In this document: in pieces, positions 37,348 to 49,987 of the stretch
Position numbering within the stretch: position 1 is the stretch's first letter
Layout: every line of letters begins with the position of its first letter
NCBI GenBank assembly: GCA_963664705.1
Contig: OY761556.1
Span: 1,856,001-1,920,000, forward strand
From: Acidobacteriota bacterium
Lineage (GTDB): Bacteria; Acidobacteriota; UBA6911
DNA: 64,000 nucleotides
Direction of reading: 5' to 3'
Made by a program: the position numbers and the translations under genes
Notes under the pieces: model-generated
The model's database searches: none
The model's input: only the letters and a program-made list of their open reading frames with translations
Told to the model about the DNA's origin: nothing

Positions 37348-38859
37348 TCAGGATTGCCCGGGATTTGCCTTTTTCCTCATTTGTGCCAATACGCTATGCC
37401 GCCGGCCATAGCTAAAATAAATGATGAAACCAAGTCCCAGCCAGATGATGAGTCTCCACCAGTTTTCAGGCGGAAGGGAAAACATGAGCAGCAGGCACGA
37501 AAGGATTCCCAGGATTGGGACCAGCGGCACCAAAGGTGCGCGGAACGGCCGTTCCGCCTCGGGATGCTTATATCGCATAATCAAAACGGATGCGCAGACA
37601 ATGACAAAGGCAAGCAAAGTTCCGATGTTGGTAAGCTCCGCCAGGATTCTCAAGGGAAGAAATGCAGCCATTACCGATACAAAAATTCCTGTGAGAATAG
37701 TGGATTTCCACGGAGTACGAAATTTGTCATGAATCGAGGCAAAAAGCCCTTCTGGAAGAAGTCCATCGCGGGCCATTGCCAGCAGCACGCGCGGCTGACT
37801 CAGCATCATTACCAGTAAGACCGAGGTTATGCCGGTGATGGCGCCAATATCGATAAGGCGTTGAGCCCACGGCAGTCCTTTTTGACGGAAGGCATCTGCA
37901 ACTGGAGCATTGATGTCGATCTGATCATAGGGAACCATTCCGGTCAAAATGGCCGAGACCGCAATATACAGGAAGGTGCAAATGATCAAGGATGCGATGA
38001 TGCCGATGGGAACATCGCGTTGAGGCTGTTTTGCTTCCTCCGCATGGGTGGAAACGGAATCAAATCCGATATAGGCGAAGAAAATAATGGCAGCCCCGGC
38101 CATTACTCCCAGCGGAGCTCCTCCGCTACCCGTCTGTCCGAAAAGCGTATGGCCAAAGAAACTGATTCCTGTGTAGCCATAAGGGGCAAACGGCGTCCAG
38201 TTTTTGGGGTCGATATAGAACAACCCGACGAGAATAACAAAAAACACAATAAGCAGCTTCACTGCCACCATGATGGTGTTGAAGCCGGCGCTTTCACGGA
38301 TTCCCTTGACCAGAATAGCCGTGATGATAACCGTGATGAGAATGGCCGTAAGATCGAAATAGGCGCCGGTGGCAAAAAAACGGCCCTTATCCGGATCGAA
38401 ATCAAAGGGTGCATTGCTGAAGGCATAGGGGAGGCTTATCCCAAAACTTTTCAGGAGATCCTTAAAGTGAGCAGACCAGCCATGGGCCACAGTGGATGAG
38501 CCAACCGCATATTCAAGCACAAGGTCCCATCCGATGATCCAAGCGAACAATTCGCCCAAGGTTGCATAGGCATAGGTATATGCCGAGCCGGCGACCGGCA
38601 CCATGGATGCAAATTCGGCATAGCACAGTGCAGCAAAGACACAGGCCAGTCCTGCGGCGGCAAACGAAAGTATCAGCGCGGGTCCGGCTTTATCATGCGC
38701 GCCGACTCCAGTCAGGACAAAAATCCCTGTGCCGATGATAGCTCCGACTCCGAGACTTGTAAGAGTGACCGGGCCAAGTATGCGCCGCAAGCGGTTCTCC
38801 CCTTTCATTTCCTCGAGCAGAAGGGCGAGCGGTTTCCTTGCAAAAAGCGGATTTGCCAT
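37348..38859 (-). CDS. APC-family amino acid permease (cationic amino acid transporter-like)
   Basis: GVGAIIGTGIFV, CYAEFASMVPVAGSAYTY, FFAYIGFD and AMARDGLLP motifs; start at ATG 38859 (GGAGG). Confidence 0.95.
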   Translation of the reverse strand: MANPLFARKPLALLLEEMKGENRLRRILGPVTLTSLGVGAIIGTGIFVLTGVGAHDKAGPALILSFAAAGLACVFAALCYAEFASMVPVAGSAYTYAYATLGELFAWIIGWDLVLEYAVGSSTVAHGWSAHFKDLLKSFGISLPYAFSNAPFDFDPDKGRFFATGAYFDLTAILITVIITAILVKGIRESAGFNTIMVAVKLLIVFFVILVGLFYIDPKNWTPFAPYGYTGISFFGHTLFGQTGSGGAPLGVMAGAAIIFFAYIGFDSVSTHAEEAKQPQRDVPIGIIASLIICTFLYIAVSAILTGMVPYDQIDINAPVADAFRQKGLPWAQRLIDIGAITGITSVLLVMMLSQPRVLLAMARDGLLPEGLFASIHDKFRTPWKSTILTGIFVSVMAAFLPLRILAELTNIGTLLAFVIVCASVLIMRYKHPEAERPFRAPLVPLVPILGILSCLLLMFSLPPENWWRLIIWLGLGFIIYFSYGRRHSVLAQMRKKANPGQS

Positions 38860-39070
38860 AAGCCTCCATTTATTTAATGCGGACAGTATACAGGAACTGC
38901 AATTTCTTTTGGAACAACGGGGTTCGTTAACTTTTGATATTCCGCGAAGGCCGGTTCTTTCGCAACTTTGCTGACTGTTTTGAGCAGATTGCGAGAAGGC
39001 CGATATTTTGTCTGGGATGACCGATAGTTCCTGGGATAGGATGGGCAGCACCATCTATGGAGATATTACA

Positions 39071-40513
39071 ATGGCAAAGGAACTCAGCCGAAGAGAACTG
39101 ATTCGCACAATTACCGCCGGAGGATTGGTTGTGGCCGGCAGCATGACGCCCCTATCTTCCTTGTTGGAAGCGGCGCAGCAGGCGCCGGCAAGAGGGCCTC
39201 AGCCGCCGGGTCCCGCCGTTTCGCGCACGCCCGCCGTTATCAACAATGGCAGGGTTGTCCAGCCGCAGCGGGAATTGTCCATCCTAAAGAAGACCGGCGT
39301 GCTGGTCGTAGGTGGTGGACCGGCGGGAACCGCAGCAGCACTCTCCGCTCGCCGTCTTGGCGTCGACGTGACGATTGTGGAGCGCTATGGATATCTGGGC
39401 GGGCTGGCAACAGGTGGGCTGGTGCTGGCAATTTTCCCCTTGTATGACCGGAATAACCGACAGGTGATTCAGGGTATTGGGGAAGACATGATGAAGCGGC
39501 TGGATAAGCTCAAGTTCGGAATCATTGAGCGCAGCACCAAGGCTCCATATCCCACCGTGGATGCAGAGGCCTTTAAATTTGTCCTGGCCGATATGGTCCT
39601 CGAATCCGGAATGACCGCCTTCCTTGATTGCTGGGGAGTTGACGCAATCCTCGACAATCGCGGAGCCGTTCGTGGGGCTGTATTTGAAAGCAAATCCGGG
39701 CGACAGGCCATTCTTGCCGATGTGGTCGTCGATGCCTCCGGTGACGGGGATATCTATGCTGCGGCTGGGGCCGGTTTTGTAAAAATAAAGGATAGCATCG
39801 GCCTGGTCAGCAGGATCGGAAACCTGGATGTCGAAGACATGATGGTGGTTACTGAAGGGGGAGCGCAGCGCAAGGTGGAATACAAGAGCGGTGTCAGAGA
39901 TAAAGTCCCGGGAGGACGGCCGACGCGCGGCGGACCGGTGGCTGTATTGGAAGGCCAGGTCGGAAGCCCAACTCCGGCGCCGCATGTAAACTGGCTGAAC
40001 ATGAAGGGCCCGATTGGAGATGGTCTGAATGTTGCCGAGCTCAGTATGCTGGAATTAAAACATCGACGCGCATTGTGGGCAAATTTGGAAAGAGCCAGGA
40101 AAAAGCCGGGCGCCGAGCAGGCTTTCATCGTCGAGACCGCCCCACAAATGGGCGTTCGCCTGACTCGTCTGCTGGAAGGAGTAAAAACCGTTACCATGCA
40201 GGAAGCCAAAGCGGGAGCCAAGTTCAAGGACGTCATCGGGTATGGCGGCAGTTATGGTTCAGCTCCCGAATTCCAGATTCCGTACGGCTGCCTGGTGCCG
40301 GCCAAGGTGGATAACATTCTGGCCGCGGGCCGTTGCGTTTCAGCGGATTTCCCGCTGGCGGATACTCTTCGTTTGATCCCGATATGCTGGGTTACGGGAC
40401 AGGCAGCCGGAATCGCAGCCGCGATGAGCCTTAAGGATAAATGCAAGCCGCGGGATGTCAATGTTTCCAAGCTGCAGACCCTTCTCCGGCAGCAGGGAGT
40501 TTATCTCGGATGA
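39071..40513 (+). CDS. Tat-exported FAD-dependent oxidoreductase (FAD_oxidored-type)
   Basis: SRRELI Tat signal; VLVVGGGPAG, ERYGYLGG..T.G, DASGDGD and IPYGCLVP..AGRCVS motifs. Confidence 0.9.
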   Translation: MAKELSRRELIRTITAGGLVVAGSMTPLSSLLEAAQQAPARGPQPPGPAVSRTPAVINNGRVVQPQRELSILKKTGVLVVGGGPAGTAAALSARRLGVDVTIVERYGYLGGLATGGLVLAIFPLYDRNNRQVIQGIGEDMMKRLDKLKFGIIERSTKAPYPTVDAEAFKFVLADMVLESGMTAFLDCWGVDAILDNRGAVRGAVFESKSGRQAILADVVVDASGDGDIYAAAGAGFVKIKDSIGLVSRIGNLDVEDMMVVTEGGAQRKVEYKSGVRDKVPGGRPTRGGPVAVLEGQVGSPTPAPHVNWLNMKGPIGDGLNVAELSMLELKHRRALWANLERARKKPGAEQAFIVETAPQMGVRLTRLLEGVKTVTMQEAKAGAKFKDVIGYGGSYGSAPEFQIPYGCLVPAKVDNILAAGRCVSADFPLADTLRLIPICWVTGQAAGIAAAMSLKDKCKPRDVNVSKLQTLLRQQGVYLG

Positions 40514-41709
40514 TCAGCAGGAAGCGCTTGCCGCGTCTGCTTGTGCAATTGGCATGTTTTGCCGCGGCAAGCGCCATTTTGTGGCCGATATTTCCACAAA
40601 CCAGTGCAGCAAAATCCTTACTGCAATTAAGTCCGTTTACTGCTTTTTGCTCCTTTGTTGCCCTTAAGACTATGGGCGCGGCCATGGCTTGCGGTTTGCT
40701 GTTTGCCCTGGCTGCTGCTTTCAATCCAAGATATTTATGCCGCTACGTCTGCCCTGCAGGGCTTGTGCTGGAAGAGTTGGGCAAGGTGGGGCTTCGGCGA
40801 AGTGGGTGGTGGCGAAGGTGCCCACTGCTCGGTAAATATATCGCAGGACTCACATTCGCCGGAGCCTTGATCGGATATCCGGTGTTTTTATGGCTGGATC
40901 CCTTTTCCATTTTCAGCAGCATGCTATCCATTAGAACGGCTGCGACGGTGGTTTCAGGCGTTCTTTCGGGTTTTACGCTGTTGGTTTTGCTGGTCCTCAG
41001 TGTGAGTTCAGGATCGCTTTGGTGTTCGCGTCTTTGTCCCCTCGGTGGAATGCAGGATCTGCTTGCTTTGCTTGGGTCAACTTTCTGGAAAAGCCGCGCT
41101 CCGAAGCCTGCTGGGTCCTGGCCCCGGATCGTGATGGCCCGCCGCATCTTTCTGGGGATAGCAGCCGGGATGGGGCTTGGGTTTTTTGCTGGAAAACTCA
41201 GCGCATCGCGTGGAGACAATGCGCCGCTGCGTCCTCCGGGGGCGGTGCGAGAAGGGAAGTTTACCGGGCTGTGTCTGCGCTGTGGCAACTGTATACGCTC
41301 CTGCCCATCAAGGATTATCCAGCCCAACTTTGAGCTGGCCGGCATTACCGGGCTGTTTGCTCCCGAGATTTGTTACAGGACAAAATACTGTCTTGAAGAC
41401 TGCTGTGCCTGCACCCGGGTTTGCCCGAGTGGGGCAATCCAGCCGCTTGAGCTTGAACAGAAGAAACGCTATGTGATTGGGGAAGCGCTTGTGGATGGAT
41501 CACTCTGTCTGCTTGCGTTAAACCGGAAAGACTGTGATGTCTGTGAACGCGCATGCCCATTTGATGCGGTTCACACGCAGTGGGACGAGGATCGATATAT
41601 TGCCTATCCGGTCGTGCAGACCGACAAGTGTAATGGCTGCGGCGCCTGCGAAGTTGCCTGCCCGACGGATCCGACCAAGGCGATTCGGGTCTGGAAAAGA
41701 ATCGATTAG
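40510..41709 (+). CDS. Membrane polyferredoxin: NapH-like N-terminus fused to NapG/MauM-like ferredoxin domain
   Basis: CRYVCPAG and WCSRLCPLG in the TM region; internal ARRIFL; LRPPGA..F...CLRCGNCIRSCP and three further Cys clusters; ATGA overlap with upstream gene. Confidence 0.88.
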   Translation: MISRKRLPRLLVQLACFAAASAILWPIFPQTSAAKSLLQLSPFTAFCSFVALKTMGAAMACGLLFALAAAFNPRYLCRYVCPAGLVLEELGKVGLRRSGWWRRCPLLGKYIAGLTFAGALIGYPVFLWLDPFSIFSSMLSIRTAATVVSGVLSGFTLLVLLVLSVSSGSLWCSRLCPLGGMQDLLALLGSTFWKSRAPKPAGSWPRIVMARRIFLGIAAGMGLGFFAGKLSASRGDNAPLRPPGAVREGKFTGLCLRCGNCIRSCPSRIIQPNFELAGITGLFAPEICYRTKYCLEDCCACTRVCPSGAIQPLELEQKKRYVIGEALVDGSLCLLALNRKDCDVCERACPFDAVHTQWDEDRYIAYPVVQTDKCNGCGACEVACPTDPTKAIRVWKRID

Positions 41710-41781
41710 CTTGGTGCTTCAGATAGTATGCGGATTAACCGGGACGGCAGAGCCCCGTGTGATTGGAAAGAGTAGATTGAA

Positions 41782-41819
41782 GCCGGGAGGCTGCAAGCAT
41801 TGCGCCGCAGCCTCCCGGC
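41782..41819. terminator. Hairpin between convergent genes (possible bidirectional terminator)
   Basis: Perfect 13-bp stem GCCGGGAGGCTGC / GCAGCCTCCCGGC; no clear U-tract. Confidence 0.6.
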
Positions 41820-41828
41820 CATCAGCTT

Positions 41829-45029
<3,201 letters not shown>

Positions 45030-45088
45030 AACTCGCTCCTTTTTGAAGTGGGATGGTTCGCACGGGTCTTGGAGACCTCGGCGATCCG

Positions 45089-45919
45089 TTACTGTTGACG
45101 ATCAACAGTTGAATGGTTTCTGATGAAATAGGCGCAAATCTCTTTGAGAAGAGACGCTATCGTGCTTTCTCCCGGTACGATCTCCGCACGCTTGCCAAAT
45201 GATTCAAGCGTACCTCCCGTAACAGGTCCAAGAACAGCCACAACAGTTTTCAGAAGGATACTATTTCCATCTTCAGGACCCAGAATGTCAATCATATTCC
45301 GTACGGTGGAGGAACTAGTGAAAACAAACAGATCGGGAGGCATTCCTTTCAGACGGACAATCAGGTCTTCGTCTGTCTGCGGTTTTACATTCCGGTAGCA
45401 GGGTACAACATCCACCTGTGCGCCTGCGGCATTCAGTGCAGCAGGGATTACATCGCGTCCTTCCCTGGCTCGCGGGATCAGGAAATGCTGACCTGAGAGG
45501 GGATGGCATCCGCCGGCATATTTCTTAAGGGAATCCACAACCCCCTCTGCAATAAATGCTTCCGGTATAAGCGAGACGGCGTAGCCGGCTTCGTTCAGTG
45601 CCCTGGCAGTGCCAGGCCCGATAGCGCAGATTTTGGGGAGAGGTGTGAATCGGGAGTGCCGGAGGCCAAGATGCTGCAGAAAAAAACGAACACCATGGGC
45701 GCTGGTGAAAACGATCCAATCATAGGTGTTAAGGGATTTGATCGCCTTGTCCAGCAGAGAAGTGTCTTCCAGGGCCTGAAGCTCGATGACTGGAACCGGT
45801 AGAACGCGGGCCCCGAGTTGTTCGAGCCCTCCGGACAGTTCCTCGAGCTTCGTCTTGCTGCAGGCAATTGCAGCCGTAAGTCCCAGCAGTGGTTTATGCG
45901 GATCGAAGGAAGAATCCAT
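45089..45919 (-). CDS. hemD: Uroporphyrinogen-III synthase
   Basis: YDWIVFTSAHGV, CAIGPGTA, LIPRA..GR and FTSSSTV motifs; follows hemC. Confidence 0.92.
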   Translation of the reverse strand: MDSSFDPHKPLLGLTAAIACSKTKLEELSGGLEQLGARVLPVPVIELQALEDTSLLDKAIKSLNTYDWIVFTSAHGVRFFLQHLGLRHSRFTPLPKICAIGPGTARALNEAGYAVSLIPEAFIAEGVVDSLKKYAGGCHPLSGQHFLIPRAREGRDVIPAALNAAGAQVDVVPCYRNVKPQTDEDLIVRLKGMPPDLFVFTSSSTVRNMIDILGPEDGNSILLKTVVAVLGPVTGGTLESFGKRAEIVPGESTIASLLKEICAYFIRNHSTVDRQQ

Positions 45920-45972
45920 AGAAAGCCAATAAAGCCTCTATTCGAGCTGTTGCATGAAGCGCGCGGGTGCAA

Positions 45973-46893
45973 TCACAGCGCATCCAGAATGGCGCGCCCT
46001 CCGCGCTCAAGAATGCGATCGGCCAGGGCGCGCACGGCGTCATTGGCCATTTCCGAGCGCTGCCACACGGACTCCGCGATAACAGTCTTCCCATCAGGAC
46101 TGGCGACCAGCCCGTCTATTTGCATCATGCCAAGGCTGAATCGGGCATAGGCGGCGACCGGAACATTGCATCCGCCTCCCATGTGCTGAAGAAAGAGCCG
46201 TTCGGCAGAAACAGCCGTGGCGGTTGGAATATGATTCAATATCGAGGTGAGAGTAATGGCGTGTTGGTCATCCATCCGCACTTCAATGGCAAGCGCCCCC
46301 TGGCCTGGAGCCGGGAGTATTTCGCTGAACTCAAAGGCGGAGCAGATCTGTCCATTCAGCCCCAGACGATTTAGTCCCGCGCAGGCCAGGACAATAGCAT
46401 CATAGGCGCCTTCGTGAAGCTTCTTAAGGCGCGTGTCCACGTTGCCCCGAATGTCCAGGACTTTAAGATCCGGCCGCATCACCAATAGCTGGGATTGGCG
46501 GCGGATGCTCCCCGTACCCACAATGGACCCGGAGGGAAGTTCTGTCAGTTTCCTGGCCTTATCCGAGATAAATGCGTCCCTGGCATCTTCGCGCTCCGGA
46601 ACTGCCGAGATCGTGAGGCCGGGAGACAGGGAAGTAGGCACATCCTTCATGCTATGGACGGCAATATCAATTTCCTTCTCGATCAATGCCTGTTCCAGCT
46701 CTTTTACGAAAACGCCGACAGATGAGCCGGCGCGTATCGATGCCGTAGGATTCCTGTCCGCAGATGTTTTGATCACCTTGATGGCAATCTGTTCATCAGG
46801 AAATTTTGCGGAGATCTGATCTCGGACCCATCCGGTTTGGGCCAATGCCAATGCGCTTCCGCGGCTGCCGATTGTAATCATATTCAAATCCAT
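45973..46893 (-). CDS. hemC: Hydroxymethylbilane synthase (porphobilinogen deaminase)
   Basis: IGSRGSALALAQ, AVHSMKDVP, IRGNVDTRL, PAPGQGALA and GGGC.VP motifs; start could also be 46881. Confidence 0.97.
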   Translation of the reverse strand: MDLNMITIGSRGSALALAQTGWVRDQISAKFPDEQIAIKVIKTSADRNPTASIRAGSSVGVFVKELEQALIEKEIDIAVHSMKDVPTSLSPGLTISAVPEREDARDAFISDKARKLTELPSGSIVGTGSIRRQSQLLVMRPDLKVLDIRGNVDTRLKKLHEGAYDAIVLACAGLNRLGLNGQICSAFEFSEILPAPGQGALAIEVRMDDQHAITLTSILNHIPTATAVSAERLFLQHMGGGCNVPVAAYARFSLGMMQIDGLVASPDGKTVIAESVWQRSEMANDAVRALADRILERGGRAILDAL

Positions 46894-46933
46894 GAGGGAT
46901 CCGGACAAGAGGTCCTTTCCCCTCGGAAGGTTA

Positions 46934-48211
46934 TTACTCTGCGTCTTTGGGCTTAAATGTGCGCTTGATCAAATCCATATAGGCCGCAGATTCATTTTGC
47001 GATCCCTGTTCGCTCCGTAGCTGCACTACCAGTGGATGAGCAATCTTGCCGGCAATGCGCGCGATCATGGCCTCGAGTTCCTGAATCTGCTTGGGCTCCA
47101 TGGCGCCGGTCTTGCGCAGATATCGTTCAAGCTCATTCTTGCATATATCTTCGATGTGTCCCTGAACCTGGCGGACGACGGGGCCAACATCCGGGGATTT
47201 GGCTCTCTTGCAGAAAGTCTGAACTTCCTGCTCAATTATTTTTTCCGCAGTAGCCGCCGCTTTGACTCTCTCATGCTGATTGGCTTCAACCACCGCCCCG
47301 AGATCGTCTATATCGTAGCAAAAGACATTGTCAATTTTTCCGATGCCGGGATCGATGTTTCGGGGAACCGATATGTCGATGAAGGCTATCGGGGCGCCCT
47401 TTCGGTCATGCATCACGCGTTCAACCATGGAACGGTTGATCAGCATATCTGTGGCGGCGGTTGAGGTGATGACAATATCAACCCGACCAATCCACGCATT
47501 CAGTTCCTCAAAAGGCACTGCAATTCCGTTAAACTTCTCCGCCAGGTCTCTTGCCGCCTCCGGGCTGCGATTGGTGACATACAGGGCAACCGCGCCAATC
47601 GCCGCCAGATGATTCACGGCAGCTTCACCCATTTTCCCCGCGCCAACGATCAGAATACTTTTCTTCTGAAGATCGCCGAAAATCTTGCGAACCAGCTCCA
47701 CTGCGGCCGAGCTGACGGAAACCGGGTATTCCCCGATGCTGGTTTCGGAACGGATCCGTTTTGCGATGCGGAAGGCAGACTGGAGCAGCGAATTGAGAAA
47801 ACTTCCCACGGTCTGAGCATCGACCGCGGTGGTATAGCAGGACTTCAACTGTCCAAGAATCTGCGGCTCGCCCAGAATCATGGAATCCAGCGAACATGCA
47901 ACGCGGAAAACATGTCGCACGGCCTGTTCGTCATCATAGCGGTAAAGGGACGATTCCAGTTGCGGCGCCTCGATTCCGCTGTACTCGGAAAGAAAATCCC
48001 GGACCGTGCTGGAGGCTTCCTCATGGGATTCCACACGTGTCAGTATCTCGACCCGGTTGCAGGTCGAGACAATCATGGCTTCTTTGATTCCGGGCCGTCC
48101 CGAAAGGCGCAGCAGCTCTTCAGGCAATTGTTCTGCCTTGAAAGACGCCCGCTGGCGGATATCCACTTTTGCCGTCCGGTGATTCAATCCAACTAATAAC
48201 AGGTTGTACAT
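46934..48211 (-). CDS. hemA: Glutamyl-tRNA reductase
   Basis: GLNHRTA, STCNRVE, SLDSMILGEPQILGQ, GAGKMG and DISVPRNID motifs. Confidence 0.98.
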   Translation of the reverse strand: MYNLLLVGLNHRTAKVDIRQRASFKAEQLPEELLRLSGRPGIKEAMIVSTCNRVEILTRVESHEEASSTVRDFLSEYSGIEAPQLESSLYRYDDEQAVRHVFRVACSLDSMILGEPQILGQLKSCYTTAVDAQTVGSFLNSLLQSAFRIAKRIRSETSIGEYPVSVSSAAVELVRKIFGDLQKKSILIVGAGKMGEAAVNHLAAIGAVALYVTNRSPEAARDLAEKFNGIAVPFEELNAWIGRVDIVITSTAATDMLINRSMVERVMHDRKGAPIAFIDISVPRNIDPGIGKIDNVFCYDIDDLGAVVEANQHERVKAAATAEKIIEQEVQTFCKRAKSPDVGPVVRQVQGHIEDICKNELERYLRKTGAMEPKQIQELEAMIARIAGKIAHPLVVQLRSEQGSQNESAAYMDLIKRTFKPKDAE

Positions 48212-48298
48212 CTACAACTCACACCTTAATAGTTGCCTGCGCCCACGATGCGGAAGGTGAACCAAGTAGACTCCGCCGGGCGCCTCATTCAACACTCT

Positions 48299-49099
48299 TT
48301 ACAAATATGTATGCAGTCCCCAGTTAACCCCGAAGGTAAACAGGGTAGATACAAAACCAATGATACTGATATACGAGGCTCGCCGACCACGCCATTTTGT
48401 GGACAATCGATAGTAGACGAGAAAAAGATAAATGGCCCAAGTAATCAATGACGCAGTTTCCTTGGGATCCCAGCTCCAGAAACTTCCCCAGGCCTGCTGT
48501 GCCCAGATCGCTCCCGAAATGATGGTCAGACTCATCAGAAAAAAACCCGCGAACAGCGAGCGCCGAAGCAGTTCGTCGCATACCTGAAGGGAGGGGAGTC
48601 GGAAATAGAGAAAGCGGAAGTTCTTGTCCTTCAGTTCTTTTTCCTGGATGAGATACATGATTCCGGAAACAAATGTCAGGAAAAACGCAGAGTAGGAGAG
48701 GAACGCCACCGTGACATGAAAATGTACCCACGCGCTGTTCAGCGGCGCCGGGATAGCGTGGTTATCCTCCCAAATCAGCTGGGAAATGATCGTGAGCAGG
48801 GAGACCAGGGGCAGAATAAATGCGCCAAGGACATTGATCTTGTAGCGAAGGTTCGCAATCATGAAGATCAGCGATATGCACCAGGCGAAAAAGCAAAGGG
48901 ATTCCGGCAGATTTGTAATAGGAAAGTGACGTCGCTGAACGCTCAATACGATGAGAGAGACGGTATGGAAGACGAAGCCGCCCGCAACCATCCCGAGCGC
49001 AATTCGGACGAAAATTTCCCGTTTTTGAAAAAAGCCGAAAATGGAGTGGAGCAAGCCCAACCCATAAAGCCCAATTGTAACTGTAAGTGTCCAACCCAT
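48299..49099 (-). CDS. ccsA: Cytochrome c biogenesis CcsA/ResC (HemX-like) membrane protein
   Basis: Multiple TMs; WWD-like GAIWAQQAWGSFWSWDPKE; conserved His residues including the terminal GLHTY; directly upstream of hemA. Confidence 0.9.
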   Translation of the reverse strand: MGWTLTVTIGLYGLGLLHSIFGFFQKREIFVRIALGMVAGGFVFHTVSLIVLSVQRRHFPITNLPESLCFFAWCISLIFMIANLRYKINVLGAFILPLVSLLTIISQLIWEDNHAIPAPLNSAWVHFHVTVAFLSYSAFFLTFVSGIMYLIQEKELKDKNFRFLYFRLPSLQVCDELLRRSLFAGFFLMSLTIISGAIWAQQAWGSFWSWDPKETASLITWAIYLFLVYYRLSTKWRGRRASYISIIGFVSTLFTFGVNWGLHTYL

Positions 49100-49280
49100 A
49101 TATTTAGCCTAAGAAGTGAAAATACTATCATTTGCATGGAACTGCGGCAAGGTCGTCGCCATCAGCGATCTGAATTGCAGCCGCACAGGCCGCGTCCGGC
49201 AAAAATGTCCGTACACCGACAAGCTGGTAGGTGCCGGGCTGATCCCATGATATATTGAAGCATTTTAGCGAGAACGGACT

Positions 49281-49976
49281 GTGGACTTTCTTCGGAACAT
49301 TGATTTGGGCATCATTGCCATTCAATTTGCGGTGTTGCTCTTCTCTTTAAGCCTGCACGAGGCTGCGCATGCCTGGATGGCAGACAGGCTTGGAGACTAC
49401 ACAGCGCGATATCTCGGACGTGTAACCCTGAATCCGCTCCCCCACATTGACCCTTTTGGAACAATTCTGTTCCCCTTGCTGCAGTTCTTTGTTCACTTTC
49501 CGCTGATCGGGTGGGCAAAACCTGTTCCCGTGAATACGGCGCATTTGCGGAATCCGCGCAAAGACCACATTTTTATCTCGATCGCGGGCCCATGCTCCAA
49601 CCTTCTTGCCGGCGGTATTGCCTTTATCCTTCTTGTCGTGGTCAAGCTTAGCGTGCCTCAAGCGCATGAAATGATTGAGAATATGACCGTTTTCGGGCGC
49701 GTGGCGGCGCCGCATTCGGTGCTGGCTCCTATCCTGATGATTTTGTGGTATGCGATGATTATCAATCTGCTTCTGGCGTTTTTTAACATCATCCCGATTC
49801 CGCCGCTGGATGGTCATTGGGTCCTGTATGGGCTTCTTCCTCCGAATGCGGCGGCAGCTTTTGAGCGCATGGGATCCTATGGATTCATTATCTTGTACGT
49901 GCTGATGTATATGGGTACGCTTCGATTCATCACCATTCCGGTTAAGCTGGTAATCGGACTGTTGCATTCATTTTAG
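49281..49976 (+). CDS. Site-2 protease (M50 family)
   Basis: HEAAH, GWAKPVP, AGP.SN and FNIIPIPPLDG motifs. Confidence 0.95.
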   Translation: MDFLRNIDLGIIAIQFAVLLFSLSLHEAAHAWMADRLGDYTARYLGRVTLNPLPHIDPFGTILFPLLQFFVHFPLIGWAKPVPVNTAHLRNPRKDHIFISIAGPCSNLLAGGIAFILLVVVKLSVPQAHEMIENMTVFGRVAAPHSVLAPILMILWYAMIINLLLAFFNIIPIPPLDGHWVLYGLLPPNAAAAFERMGSYGFIILYVLMYMGTLRFITIPVKLVIGLLHSF

Positions 49977-49987
49977 GGTTGATCCGA

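Noticed and set aside
45089-49099. ccsA-hemA-hemC-hemD cluster as a novel system
   Set aside because: A CcsA/HemX-like gene next to hemA is a known, common arrangement.
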